A stretch of 64,000 bases of DNA from Candidatus Latescibacterota bacterium. Lineage in GTDB: Bacteria > Latescibacterota > UBA2968 > GCA-2709665. The DNA lies in contig CAXXXF010000006.1 in assembly GCA_963667175.2 (NCBI GenBank), positions 320,001 to 384,000 on the forward strand, in the 5' to 3' direction. The translations under genes and the position numbers were made by a program. The notes under the pieces are model-generated. The model ran no database searches. It had not been told where the DNA came from and worked only from the letters and a program-made list of their open reading frames with translations. Shown here piece after piece: positions 46,392-56,333 of this stretch; within the stretch, counting starts at the first letter, position 1, and each line of letters begins with the position of its first letter.

Positions 46392-48839
46392 TTACGGCCG
46401 TGCGCTTCCCGCCCTGACCGCGTGCCGGTTCCGTTTCAATCGATCGAGGATCTCCAGTACGGCAGGCAGAACGACAACGGCGGCCACAAAACAGGTCAGA
46501 AGGCCGATCACAGCCAGTTTCCCGATGGAATTCAAACCGGGATGCCTGGCCGTGATGAGACCGAAAAAGCCGATCATCGTGGTCATCATCGAGACGAGCA
46601 TCGCGCCTCCCGTATTCCTGAGGATCACAGGCATGGAATCCGCGCCTTCCTCCTGGTACCGGTGGAAGAGATGAACGCCGTTATCGATACCCATCCCGAT
46701 GATGGTCGGCAGGGCAACCATATTGTAAAAGTTTAACTTCATGCCGGAAACAAACATGCTTCCACACATCCAGATCGCGCCGCAGATGAGCGGCAGCATG
46801 ACGAGCAGTCCGTTTCGGATGCTTCGAAAGTCGATAAACACGATCAGGAAAACGACCAGAAGCGTGATGCCGATCGCCCACCTGCTGTCCCGGATCATCA
46901 ACTTGAGCATATCCGCGAAAATTACGCTGGAACTGGAAGAATAGAAACGCTTCCCGGACTCGGTCGTTATCAGATGGGTGTCATCCGCGAACTCAATGGC
47001 CTGTCGTCCGTCTCGAAGTTGCACGCTGGGATAGATGAAGGCAAAATGGGCCCGGCTGCCGTCTACCGTTGAGAACTTGCGGAGGATGTTTTTCGGAAGG
47101 TCTTCCACGTCCAGCCTCTTCACGTCCATCAGTTCGCGCAACTCGTCCACTCGCTCCTTTTGATCGTCCTTGAGCAATTTCGCGCCGGCGCCGTCCACGA
47201 GTTCGCGAAGTTCGGCAATCAAAGTCAGCTTTTCATCTTCGCGATCGGGCAGGAAGGACCAGAGCGTCCTGATCTTGTCAATTGTGGGTGTCGGGTCGTC
47301 CGACGCGATCTTTCCGTGTACCGCTGCGACGATTTCATCCAGTTCCTCTTTGCCGTCGGCAAGGACCACGCTTGGCGAGTGCGACTCGCCCTTGAATTTG
47401 GAGAGCGAATTGATCTTGTCTTTCACTTTCTTGGACGTCGCAAGATTGGAACGCAGATTTGTGAAATCGTATTCGAACTGAATCCGATCGAGATTGTATG
47501 CCAGGTAAACCGTACCGGCAATGGCAATCGCGAACACGACCGGCGCCATGGGAAACCGGCCCTTTCTGGCGCCGCGTTCGTGTCCGAGAACGTGCCGCAT
47601 TCGCACAAGCTTCAGGCGCTCGTCGGCAAGAACGAGAAATGCAGGAAGCACCATGGTCATGGACACAAGGGACATGATGATCCCCGTGCCGACAATAAAG
47701 CCGAACTCCGAAAATCCCTTGAAATCCGTAATGGTCAGCGAATAGAACGCCATCGAAGTGGTCATTGCAGCGGTGAGGATGGCCTGCCCCGTCTGAATCA
47801 ACATCGTCTCGACCGACTGCCTGACGTCCATGTTCGCCATGCGGTCCTCGAGGTACCGGGAGAACATGTGAATCCCGAAGTCGATTCCAAGACCGAACAG
47901 AATCACAAACAGGAATCCGGTCATCGTGTTCAGGTTGCCGATCACCCAATAGGTAACCGCAAACGCCCACGTCAGCCCCATAACGAGCGGGATAGCAACA
48001 AAAAAGACAGCCAGCGGCTGCCTGAAATAGAACGTGAGAAGCAGGACGACACCTACAAATCCGAAGATTAGCGTTGACTCGATGTCGTCCAGAATGGTGT
48101 CATATTCATCGATCTTATTCTTGAACGACCCTCCGATCGAGACCAGCATATCGGGATGATAGGACATCGGTTTCAGTTTATGCACGGCGTCCTCGAGCAC
48201 GCTGTACATCTCTTTGCTGAAACCGATATTACTCACCGTTCCCGATGCCATGACCTCCACGGCCACGATGGTACTGTCCGGATTGGTATAATAGACTTCG
48301 TGTCCTCGGTCTCCGTTTTCCTTGTACTTCGCTTCAATATCCGAAAAATCCAGCGGCTCGTCGTCTTCCCCATCGTCCAGCCTGAAGAACATCGGCGACA
48401 ACTTCAGCTTTTCCTTCCGGATGCGATCGTCGATCCGAAATTGTATGTCTTCCAGATCCTCGAGATCCATATACAACAACGCGTTGTCTTTGAAGAAATC
48501 GACTTCACGCTTGTAATCGACGTAGTTTACGTATTTCCAGTACTGTTCGGCCTTCAGTTCAACAGCCAGATCTTCCACGAATTGCCGGGACGCCGTGAAA
48601 TCCCCGCATTCCGCCAGAACAACGAGACTACCAACGCCGCCAAGGCGCGCCTTGATATCTTCGAGCGTTCTCACGCTCGGATAGTGTTCCGGTATCAGAG
48701 CCGCGATATCCGTCTCGAGACGCTGAATCAGTCGATAGACGAAAAAGCTGCAAAAAATGGAAAGGAAGGTCGATACAACGATAATAATGGCGTATCGTCG
48801 ATAGACGAAGCCCGCCAAGATCCGCAACCTGTCCTGCAT
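46392..48839 (-). CDS. MMPL/RND-family transporter (HpnN-like)
   Basis: Two RND halves with LFGLGIDFGIH and IIGMGIDNGVH, large periplasmic loops, FKGFSEFG. Confidence 0.92.
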   Translation of the reverse strand: MQDRLRILAGFVYRRYAIIIVVSTFLSIFCSFFVYRLIQRLETDIAALIPEHYPSVRTLEDIKARLGGVGSLVVLAECGDFTASRQFVEDLAVELKAEQYWKYVNYVDYKREVDFFKDNALLYMDLEDLEDIQFRIDDRIRKEKLKLSPMFFRLDDGEDDEPLDFSDIEAKYKENGDRGHEVYYTNPDSTIVAVEVMASGTVSNIGFSKEMYSVLEDAVHKLKPMSYHPDMLVSIGGSFKNKIDEYDTILDDIESTLIFGFVGVVLLLTFYFRQPLAVFFVAIPLVMGLTWAFAVTYWVIGNLNTMTGFLFVILFGLGIDFGIHMFSRYLEDRMANMDVRQSVETMLIQTGQAILTAAMTTSMAFYSLTITDFKGFSEFGFIVGTGIIMSLVSMTMVLPAFLVLADERLKLVRMRHVLGHERGARKGRFPMAPVVFAIAIAGTVYLAYNLDRIQFEYDFTNLRSNLATSKKVKDKINSLSKFKGESHSPSVVLADGKEELDEIVAAVHGKIASDDPTPTIDKIRTLWSFLPDREDEKLTLIAELRELVDGAGAKLLKDDQKERVDELRELMDVKRLDVEDLPKNILRKFSTVDGSRAHFAFIYPSVQLRDGRQAIEFADDTHLITTESGKRFYSSSSSVIFADMLKLMIRDSRWAIGITLLVVFLIVFIDFRSIRNGLLVMLPLICGAIWMCGSMFVSGMKLNFYNMVALPTIIGMGIDNGVHLFHRYQEEGADSMPVILRNTGGAMLVSMMTTMIGFFGLITARHPGLNSIGKLAVIGLLTCFVAAVVVLPAVLEILDRLKRNRHAVRAGSARP

Positions 48840-48842
48840 GAA

Positions 48843-49466
48843 TCAATCCTTCCCTTTCCCGTCCGCCGCGTCCTCGTTCAGCTTGTCTCTGAGTTTCTTT
48901 ACAAGGCCCTCGTACGACGACTTGCGGATTTCCCTGTAGAACTGAGAACGATTACTTCTGGCAACGCTCAGATCGTCAATCACCATATCATATACCAGCC
49001 ACTCTTCGTTGACGGGGTGGAGCTTGTAGTCAATGTGGCTCTGTTCATCCTTATAGTGGACAATTGTCCGAACGACACCTTCCGTGCTGTCGACCTCCGA
49101 ACCCACGTACTCGATTTTCTCGGATTTCGTATACAGCTTCGGGTCCGCGTAATTCTTCACGATCAGGCGCCGGCACAGGTCCGCGAATTCATCCTGCTCG
49201 ATCTGGGTGCGCCGCTGCCAGTGTCGGCCCAGCGCGACCTCTCCGAACCGGCGGAAATCGAACATATTCTCGACGATCGCCCTCAGCTGCTCCCGCTCTT
49301 CGGCTGTCTCTCCCGCAGTTTCCGAATTTACAATCGCCTTTATTGACGCGTCCCGATTTCTCATCGTCCGGAGCAACCGTTCAGCCTGGCCCGCACTCAG
49401 GGCGACGCCATCACCCCAAAATCCGACAAAAGCATAAAACACAATAATATACGACAAGACTCTCAT
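48843..49466 (-). CDS. MlaC/Ttg2D (HpnM-like) periplasmic lipid-shuttle protein
   Basis: Signal peptide; FDF...ALGRHW, IDYKL..WLVYDMVIDDLS..NRSQF...LVKKL. Confidence 0.88.
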   Translation of the reverse strand: MRVLSYIIVFYAFVGFWGDGVALSAGQAERLLRTMRNRDASIKAIVNSETAGETAEEREQLRAIVENMFDFRRFGEVALGRHWQRRTQIEQDEFADLCRRLIVKNYADPKLYTKSEKIEYVGSEVDSTEGVVRTIVHYKDEQSHIDYKLHPVNEEWLVYDMVIDDLSVARSNRSQFYREIRKSSYEGLVKKLRDKLNEDAADGKGKD

Positions 49467-49581
49467 TTTATCCAGTTCCTTTTATGTTCAGAAACAAAAC
49501 GACCCGGCAAAGGAACACCGTTCCGGCCGGCTCGATACCCGTTCAATACTGCCGATAAAACCCCTGCAGCCATCTCTCTCT

Positions 49582-51021
49582 TCAATCCGCCTTTCCCGAA
49601 ACCAGCTTCTCCGCTTCCGTCGTTCGGGTCCGCATGATGTGTCCGATGAATCCGAAAACGGCGCTCACGACCAGGCCGGACCCGAGCACAAAGATCCAGA
49701 ATATCGCCTCGAGGCAGTTCAGAATTGCCAGAACGCAGAACAAAGCAGCGAAGAAGTCCCGGCGGCACGCGAACTTCAATCCGCAGTAGATCCGGTGCAA
49801 ATGTCCACGACGGTCCTCCGGTACCTCGCTCGAAAACCCCATATTGAAGCTGACGATGCTGCCCGATCCGCTATGCTTCAGGTACACGCAGATGAGCAGG
49901 ACAGCAAGCACGTTCAACACGAGGGCAATGAAACCCACCGCGACGACAACCGGCTCCGCCGTCAATTTGTACATCCCGTATATGACGCCTGAGAAGAATA
50001 CAAGATAGGAAACGTTGTCCGCGACCGTATCCAACCATTCCCCGAAGCGGGATCCCGCATATTTGAGCGTCGCGATCTCGCCGTCGCAACCATCGATAAT
50101 TGACGCAAACTGAAAAAGCAGCCCGCCCAGCGCTACGTAAAGGTGGCTCCCTTCCGCCATCGCCCAGCCGGCCAGAAAGGTCACCATCATTGCGGCAATC
50201 GAAATCTGGTTGGGGGTCGCCGGCGTCTTTACCAGGAATTTCGAAATCCAGGCGGAAACCTTCCTGTTGAAATGCCGCGACACCATTCCGTCGGTCGATT
50301 TACCCAGCATCCCGAACAACGCCATTTCTCCCTGGTGCAATGCGTCCGGCGTATCGACGTCCTGCCAGAACAGACCGTCGATTTCCACCGCGCGCATGTT
50401 CCCTTCGGAAGCCAGAATCCGCACCCCGCCCGAGAGTGATTCGTCGCCTTCGGCGATGGATCGTTCGATGCCGTCAAACAGCGCCGGTGTACAAAGGAAA
50501 ATGCCGGTATCCACCGCGTCGTACCGGTCCAGCCCTTTGCCGATACGCAGAATCCGCTCGCCTTCCAGGATGACTTTGGTGGCATCGTCCAGATCCTGAA
50601 CCCGATCCAACCGGGTGTCTACACACAGCGCCGACTCGCTGGCGCTCAACAAGAGGCGGCGCATACGGCTGATGACCCGCGGTTCAAACAGATGGTCCGC
50701 CATCATCAGGAGAAACTGGCCGTCCACAAAATCCCGCGCCTTCAGTACGGAAAGGCCGTTGCCGCGCGTCCATTCGTCGTTTTCAACCCAATCGATGGGT
50801 ACGTCGATCTGCGGATCGTTGGCGATCGCGGTCCGTATTTCATCACCCCGATAACCGATTACAATGGCAAACTCGGTGATTCCCGCCCGTTTTGCGGTCA
50901 GGATAGCGCGCTTCAGCAATCCGACGCCGGCCACTCTGACCAGCGGTTTCGGCCGGCCGCGCCCATGTCCGTTCAGACGGCTGCCCATACCGGCAGCAAT
51001 AATCACTGCCTTATCTGCCAT
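49582..51021 (-). CDS. Bifunctional NTP-transferase (cytidylyltransferase) / CDP-alcohol phosphotransferase (IPCT/DIPPS-like)
   Basis: IIAAGMGSRL..PKPL, GNGLS, MADH, DATKV, DTG, WQDVDT; then SRHFNR, TPNQIS, DGCDGEIA...GEWLDTVAD. Start ATG 51021 with RBS GGGGAGG. Confidence 0.92.
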   Translation of the reverse strand: MADKAVIIAAGMGSRLNGHGRGRPKPLVRVAGVGLLKRAILTAKRAGITEFAIVIGYRGDEIRTAIANDPQIDVPIDWVENDEWTRGNGLSVLKARDFVDGQFLLMMADHLFEPRVISRMRRLLLSASESALCVDTRLDRVQDLDDATKVILEGERILRIGKGLDRYDAVDTGIFLCTPALFDGIERSIAEGDESLSGGVRILASEGNMRAVEIDGLFWQDVDTPDALHQGEMALFGMLGKSTDGMVSRHFNRKVSAWISKFLVKTPATPNQISIAAMMVTFLAGWAMAEGSHLYVALGGLLFQFASIIDGCDGEIATLKYAGSRFGEWLDTVADNVSYLVFFSGVIYGMYKLTAEPVVVAVGFIALVLNVLAVLLICVYLKHSGSGSIVSFNMGFSSEVPEDRRGHLHRIYCGLKFACRRDFFAALFCVLAILNCLEAIFWIFVLGSGLVVSAVFGFIGHIMRTRTTEAEKLVSGKAD

Positions 51022-51034
51022 GAAACCCTCCCCT

Positions 51035-52414
51035 TTACTCCAGAATCGAACTTCCCGTCGCACGCCTCAATGCCACCCAGGCGAGATTAAACTCCAATAC
51101 AGCCTGATAGTACTTTGCGCGGATAATGCCATACTCCTTGACCGCATCGACCATCTCCCCCGCCTCCTCGAGACCGGCATTGAATCCATCTCTTGCGGAG
51201 ACAAACCACCGCCTTGTTGCCCGCCGGGCTTTTCGCGCCGCCTGGATATTCGCTTCAGCCTCAACGAGCGACCGATAGGCGCTTTCAATCTCAAGCCGTG
51301 CGCCCTGAACCGCCAGTTGCGCCTGATAGCTGAGTTTTTCATAGGCCAGCCGGGCTTCCTTCACCCTCGCAGTGGCACCCGCGAATGACAATGACTGCCG
51401 GAAACCAAGGACGGCGCCCAATTGAGTGACGTTGAACTCGTCATTCAGGAAGGGGTTCCGCTGGCGGTCCCTGTTCGGCGCAAGACCGTATTTGAACTGG
51501 CCGGCCAGGAATACCTGTGGAAACAGATCGGTCCGGACGGCGCGCACCTGCGCCGACCGCACCCGCAACCCTTCCCGAAGTTGCCCCACGTCCGGTCGTC
51601 CCTCCGCAAGCGACAGATATCGTTCCAGTGGACGGATCCGGACGTCTACCGGTTTCAGTCTCCCTTCAGCGAGAACGAGTGAGTCAGACTCGGAAAGCCC
51701 CATGAGAGCACGAAGCGCCGACCGTGCGAGCGCATGGCTCTTGACGACCTTATTTGCATTCTCCTCCACGTCGTACGAAAACCTGTCTATCCGGTGCAGA
51801 TCCGTATACGTAAAATCTCCGGTGTCGGCTTCGAGCTTTTCGGCGATCGTTCGCCTCGCCCTGTCAATCTCTTCCCTGGATTCATTCGCCAGGTCCAGGA
51901 GTTGATCTGCCAGCAGGAGCAGATAGTAGGCTCTGGCGACCTGCCGCTCCAGGTCGAATCGGGATCTCTTCAGTCCTGCGCGCTGCGCGCCGATGCCGCC
52001 GGATGCGGCTTCCAATGCCGCGTCGAGTTTGCCGAAGGTGAACAGCGGCTGGACCAGCGACAATTCGGTCCTGCTAAATACACCCATCTGCCGCCAGTTG
52101 CTGACCCCCGTAAGGGCGTCGCCCCGAGCTTCAGGCGAGGGCCCGAAAATCCAGGTGAAATCCAGACGGGGAAGAAAACGCGCGGCGTGTACCTGGCTGA
52201 GTCTATTCTGTGCGATCTCCAGATCGGTCTCGGCGGCCTGTATGGACGGACTCGACGCGAGCGCCATCCTTACGCACCCTTCAAGATCATATCGACCCAG
52301 TCCGGATTCGGAATAAGCGGGACCGACGCCGATTCCCGTCACGCAGATCAGAACAATCGAAACGGGGATCCGCACCCGGTGTGAACTTTTACCACATGTG
52401 TGGAAAAATTGCAA
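51035..52414 (-). CDS. TolC-family outer-membrane efflux protein
   Basis: Signal peptide; ALASSP, FLPRL, QPLFTFGK, VARAYY, RPDV, FPQV, FNAG. An alternative start at GTG 52375 is possible. Confidence 0.88.
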   Translation of the reverse strand: MQFFHTCGKSSHRVRIPVSIVLICVTGIGVGPAYSESGLGRYDLEGCVRMALASSPSIQAAETDLEIAQNRLSQVHAARFLPRLDFTWIFGPSPEARGDALTGVSNWRQMGVFSRTELSLVQPLFTFGKLDAALEAASGGIGAQRAGLKRSRFDLERQVARAYYLLLLADQLLDLANESREEIDRARRTIAEKLEADTGDFTYTDLHRIDRFSYDVEENANKVVKSHALARSALRALMGLSESDSLVLAEGRLKPVDVRIRPLERYLSLAEGRPDVGQLREGLRVRSAQVRAVRTDLFPQVFLAGQFKYGLAPNRDRQRNPFLNDEFNVTQLGAVLGFRQSLSFAGATARVKEARLAYEKLSYQAQLAVQGARLEIESAYRSLVEAEANIQAARKARRATRRWFVSARDGFNAGLEEAGEMVDAVKEYGIIRAKYYQAVLEFNLAWVALRRATGSSILE

Positions 52415-52523
52415 CGCTTCCTCCGAAGCCCTCCCTGACGTTCAGTATCCGAGTGCCCACAGAAAAATCCATCAATTATCTGGAAATACTATAGATATAT
52501 TCATCCGACCAGGATTTTTCCAA

Positions 52524-53843
52524 TCAGGGAATCTGTCTATTTACAGCGAATGCCGTGCCATGATACAGTGGACGTCGCGCACGGCTTTGGACCCGGAGCG
52601 CTTCAATAATGATGGCCTGCACACGCCGGGCTACCTCAATCGCGTCGTGCCGCTGAACGGCCGAGACGCGGGCGGCTGCACCCATTCGCTGTCGCAATTT
52701 CCGGTTCTCAACCACCCTGAGGATGGTGTCGGCAAGCCCGGCGTCGTCGTTCGGCTTCACAAGGAATCCGTTGTAACCATGCCGGATCAATTCAGGCACA
52801 CCGCCCGTCGCAGACCCAACTACCGGTGTGCCCAGCGCCAGAGATTCGATAACGCTTCGTGGACAGGGGTCCGGCGCAGCAGAAGGAACGAGTGTGACAT
52901 CCAGATCTTTCACAAACGGTCTGACGTCGGTCTGAAATCCTGTAAAATGGACGCGTCCCGACAAACGGCCGTTTGCGACCTTGCGGCGATAGCGGTCCAA
53001 CAGGTCCAACGACCGGCGAGGACTGCCACCGACGACCACCAGCACCACGTCCTTGCGCCGGACCAGGACCTGCTCCATCGCCGCCAGCAACGTATCGATG
53101 CCTTTCCACGCAACAATGCGACCGACGAAGCCAAGAACCACTTCGTCCGGTCCGATCCGGTACATCCGCCGCACGCACCCCCGGACGTTTGCCGGGTCAA
53201 AACTGACGAGGTCCGCGCCATTGTATACAACGCGAACCTTCTCCTTCACCGACGGGAAATTCCCCGCGCACGCCTCGGAGACGGCGATAATTCTCGTCAC
53301 GCAAGCACACCGCGCCAACCTGTGGAAGAACCAGCGTCTGAACGCGTTACTGTATAGTGTGCGGCAGTGCCAGACGACCGGAACGCCACAAACCATGCCA
53401 GCCACTGTGCCGATCGATTTCACCATCATCTGGTTGCAATAGACCATCCCGATACGCTCATGAGAGACCATGCGAATCAGAGCAAACGTAAACCGAACGA
53501 TGTCGAACGCATTCAGAAACACCGATGACATTCTGAACACGCGGTTCTGACTCCGGAACCGCATTTCCGCCAGGCGTTCCTTCAGTCGGGGCTCGATACG
53601 GTACGGGACCCGGATCGCCTCCAGCCTGCGTTTCAACACACCTTCGTTAGGCATCACGACCAGCGGCTCGATCAGCGAGGAATCGAGGTGCTTCAACAGA
53701 TAAAAGAGGCTGTTCCCGGCCCCTCCGCGCCCTGTGCATCCCGTCAGGAAAAGCACCTTGATCTTGCCGTTGTCCTTTGCGGCGCACAATACAGGCGACG
53801 ACACGTTGGCCTCGCCGCGCTTTTCCGAGAAACGCTTAAACAT
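52524..53843 (-). CDS. GT4 family glycosyltransferase
   Basis: GGAGNSL, VWHCR, AVSEA, VYNG, FVGRI..WKG, DPCPRSVIESLALGTPVVGS..GG.PE. ATG overlaps the upstream TGA. Confidence 0.92.
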   Translation of the reverse strand: MFKRFSEKRGEANVSSPVLCAAKDNGKIKVLFLTGCTGRGGAGNSLFYLLKHLDSSLIEPLVVMPNEGVLKRRLEAIRVPYRIEPRLKERLAEMRFRSQNRVFRMSSVFLNAFDIVRFTFALIRMVSHERIGMVYCNQMMVKSIGTVAGMVCGVPVVWHCRTLYSNAFRRWFFHRLARCACVTRIIAVSEACAGNFPSVKEKVRVVYNGADLVSFDPANVRGCVRRMYRIGPDEVVLGFVGRIVAWKGIDTLLAAMEQVLVRRKDVVLVVVGGSPRRSLDLLDRYRRKVANGRLSGRVHFTGFQTDVRPFVKDLDVTLVPSAAPDPCPRSVIESLALGTPVVGSATGGVPELIRHGYNGFLVKPNDDAGLADTILRVVENRKLRQRMGAAARVSAVQRHDAIEVARRVQAIIIEALRVQSRARRPLYHGTAFAVNRQIP

Positions 53844-55474
53844 CAGTTCAGCCGCCTGATGATGTGATATCCCAGCGGCGTCTGAACGATCCCGCTGGTC
53901 TCACCCACCCGCAATTTCAGCACTGCCTCCTCAAAGGCGGGATTTAGATCGCCAGGTGAAAAAAACCCCAGATCGCCGCCGATCTCCGCGGAAGAGTCAT
54001 TGGAATGTTCCCGGGCCAGCAACCTGAAATCCTCGCCCGCATTCAGTTTATTGAGGACTTCCTGCGCCTCGACTTCCGTTTCCACGAGAATGTGGTATAC
54101 CCAGAGCTTTCCTGACTGTATCCCCTCAATCTCGTCAATCTTCATCTGAGCCGCCTGCGCGATCTCTTCGTTCGGACTGAAGGTGACGGATTTTTCAAAG
54201 GCCTGCTTCGCCCGGTCAAACTCCCGCTTCGAGGTCCGGGCCAGACCAATATTGAACAGTACGCCCGCGTTGGTGGAATCCACTGCCAATGCTCTGTTGT
54301 AGACGACAAGCGCCGAGTCCAGATCCTGTTGTTGCGCGTGAATCAAGGCGAGATCTCCATACGGTTCCAGAACGTTCGGATTCGATTTTATGGTCGTCTC
54401 CAGAGCTTTCTTGGCCTGCTCCAGGTCTCCCTTCTGCAGATAGACCTGTGCGACGCCGTACTCGAGACGCGCTCGCTCGGACTCCGGCGCGATCTCCATG
54501 ATCAACCGATACTCGCCAAGCGCCAGGTCCCATTGCTGCAGAACGGTATACAGCCGTGCCAGCGCGGAACGGGTGTCCAGATCGCGCGGCTCCAGCTGCG
54601 ACACTTTCTCCCACGCTTTCCGGGCAGTGTCCAGCGAGTCCACCTCGGCCGCCATCTGACCCATGGACCGATGCACCTCGGGATCGTCCGGCGCTATGGA
54701 AGCCGCCCGCCGGTACGCGGCGAAAGCCTCCGGGGTTCGCCGCATCGAGTGGTAGATGGCGCCCTTGTTTACCAGCAGGGTGACGTCGTTCGGATTTTTC
54801 TCCAACTCCTTTTCAAGCACCGATATCGCGCGAACGTAGAGCCGATTCGCATCCTCAGGTCTGCCCAGCGCCCCGTAGATCTGGCCCTGATTGATCATCA
54901 GCACCACGCTTTCCGGGTTGTTCTTCAACCCCTGTTCGAATACCGACAGCGCTTTGTTGGGGTCCTTCAATGCGACGTGCAGGCCCGCCAGGGACTGGTA
55001 CGCCTCGATATTCTGAGGATCGAGCGAAACCGCGTCCCTGAGATCCTGAATTGCCAGACCCGGATTTCCGGCCTCCTGATACAGCAATGCCCTGTCCATC
55101 AGCAGGAGGACGGAATTCGGAATCGCTGTCAACCCCCGATTCAAGACTTCCAGCGCCTCACGGCCCCTGTTCAGCTGTGCGTGGATCCTGAAGAGCGCGT
55201 CGTAAGGCGCTTCGATTTCCGGCCCCAATTCGATCGCCTTCTCAAACGCCCGGATGGCGCCTTCCGGCTGACCCAACTGCGCGAATACCATCCCGAGGAC
55301 GCCTTGAGCATTCGCGCTGTCCGGAAATGTCTCCGCGAACTGCCGGGCCGTAACCAGTGCGGAATCGGCCCGGCCGCGGGCGCCGTGCTCGCCGATCTCC
55401 GCCAGGAAGTCCCGGGCCGTCGCTTTTTCGCTCCACAGTATCATACAACAGATGACAACAATCGTCCGTTTCAA
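53843..55474 (-). CDS. Secreted TPR-repeat protein with C-terminal PpiC/parvulin rotamase
   Basis: Signal peptide, many TPRs, then HILV..F..LAREHS.D.S..GGDLGFF..FEEA..GYHII. TTG 55474 behind GGAGG. Confidence 0.88.
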   Translation of the reverse strand: MKRTIVVICCMILWSEKATARDFLAEIGEHGARGRADSALVTARQFAETFPDSANAQGVLGMVFAQLGQPEGAIRAFEKAIELGPEIEAPYDALFRIHAQLNRGREALEVLNRGLTAIPNSVLLLMDRALLYQEAGNPGLAIQDLRDAVSLDPQNIEAYQSLAGLHVALKDPNKALSVFEQGLKNNPESVVLMINQGQIYGALGRPEDANRLYVRAISVLEKELEKNPNDVTLLVNKGAIYHSMRRTPEAFAAYRRAASIAPDDPEVHRSMGQMAAEVDSLDTARKAWEKVSQLEPRDLDTRSALARLYTVLQQWDLALGEYRLIMEIAPESERARLEYGVAQVYLQKGDLEQAKKALETTIKSNPNVLEPYGDLALIHAQQQDLDSALVVYNRALAVDSTNAGVLFNIGLARTSKREFDRAKQAFEKSVTFSPNEEIAQAAQMKIDEIEGIQSGKLWVYHILVETEVEAQEVLNKLNAGEDFRLLAREHSNDSSAEIGGDLGFFSPGDLNPAFEEAVLKLRVGETSGIVQTPLGYHIIRRLN

Positions 55475-55557
55475 CCGACCGCCTCCATTTGGAAAGTTGA
55501 TCCGAAGTCCTTCCGGATGCCCTCTGATCGATTCGTCTCTCCTTTTCCGCGAAACCC

Positions 55558-55586
55558 TTGACAAGCTCCGGGATTCCCGGTATTAT
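55558..55586 (+). promoter_or_regulatory. Near-consensus sigma70 promoter
   Basis: TTGACA, 17 bp, TATTAT. Confidence 0.7.
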
Positions 55587-55697
55587 CCAGAGGTTTTCGA
55601 CACGCCCGACGCAGCAGCGTCCGTCGAGATGCTTCCGAGCCCGTCATACTGCTCGTGGAGGGCTCGACTTCAGGGCGGCGATAATCCGCCTGAACCC

Positions 55698-56333
55698 ATG
55701 TTTCCTCGTATGAGCGTCCTTCAACGCGATCCCATCCCGGCCATACTGCTTTCGCTCGCGGCCAGCTATCTGGCGTACGAGCATCTTCCGGACCGGGTCC
55801 CGGTCCACTGGGACGCGTTCGGACGTATCGATGCGGAAATGCACAAGCGGGTCGGCGTCTTTCTGCATCCCGGGGCGATGACGTTCGTCTACCTCTTCTT
55901 TCGTTTGATCCCTTTTGTCGACAGGAACCGGGTGCGACAGTTGAAGGAGATCGGACTCTACGATCCATTCCGAAACGGCGCGGTTCTCCTCTTCGGATAC
56001 AGCCATCTTCTCCTGCTGGGCATCGGCCTGGGATGGGTAGACCGCGGCGCAAACCTCTTTGCGGGCCTGCTTTCGCTCTCCTCAATCCTCGCGGGTAACC
56101 ACCTCAAGAACCTGCGCTCCGCGCGGTTCGATCGTCTCCTTGGCCGGATCGGTGTTTCGAGCGCGCCGGATGCGCGGAACCTTACCTGCAATATCCTCAT
56201 CTTCTGCGGGGCATTCGGTCAGGCAGGCGCCGCAACCGGCAACCTGCAAGTGGCCTGGTTTCTGTTGCCGCTGGCCGTCGGTACCTTTCTCGTGCGTCGC
56301 CGCTTTCCCGTGAATCGGAAACCGGCGCCGTGA
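55698..56333 (+). CDS. DUF1648/SdpI-like membrane protein
   Basis: LPDRVPVHWDAFGRID motif plus several TM helices. The start must lie downstream of the promoter (ATG 55698 or 55710). Confidence 0.75.
   Translation: MFPRMSVLQRDPIPAILLSLAASYLAYEHLPDRVPVHWDAFGRIDAEMHKRVGVFLHPGAMTFVYLFFRLIPFVDRNRVRQLKEIGLYDPFRNGAVLLFGYSHLLLLGIGLGWVDRGANLFAGLLSLSSILAGNHLKNLRSARFDRLLGRIGVSSAPDARNLTCNILIFCGAFGQAGAATGNLQVAWFLLPLAVGTFLVRRRFPVNRKPAP

Noticed and set aside
46392-49466. Calling the MMPL/MlaC pair hopanoid hpnN/hpnM
   Set aside because: No shc or other hpn genes in the window, so the substrate cannot be assigned.
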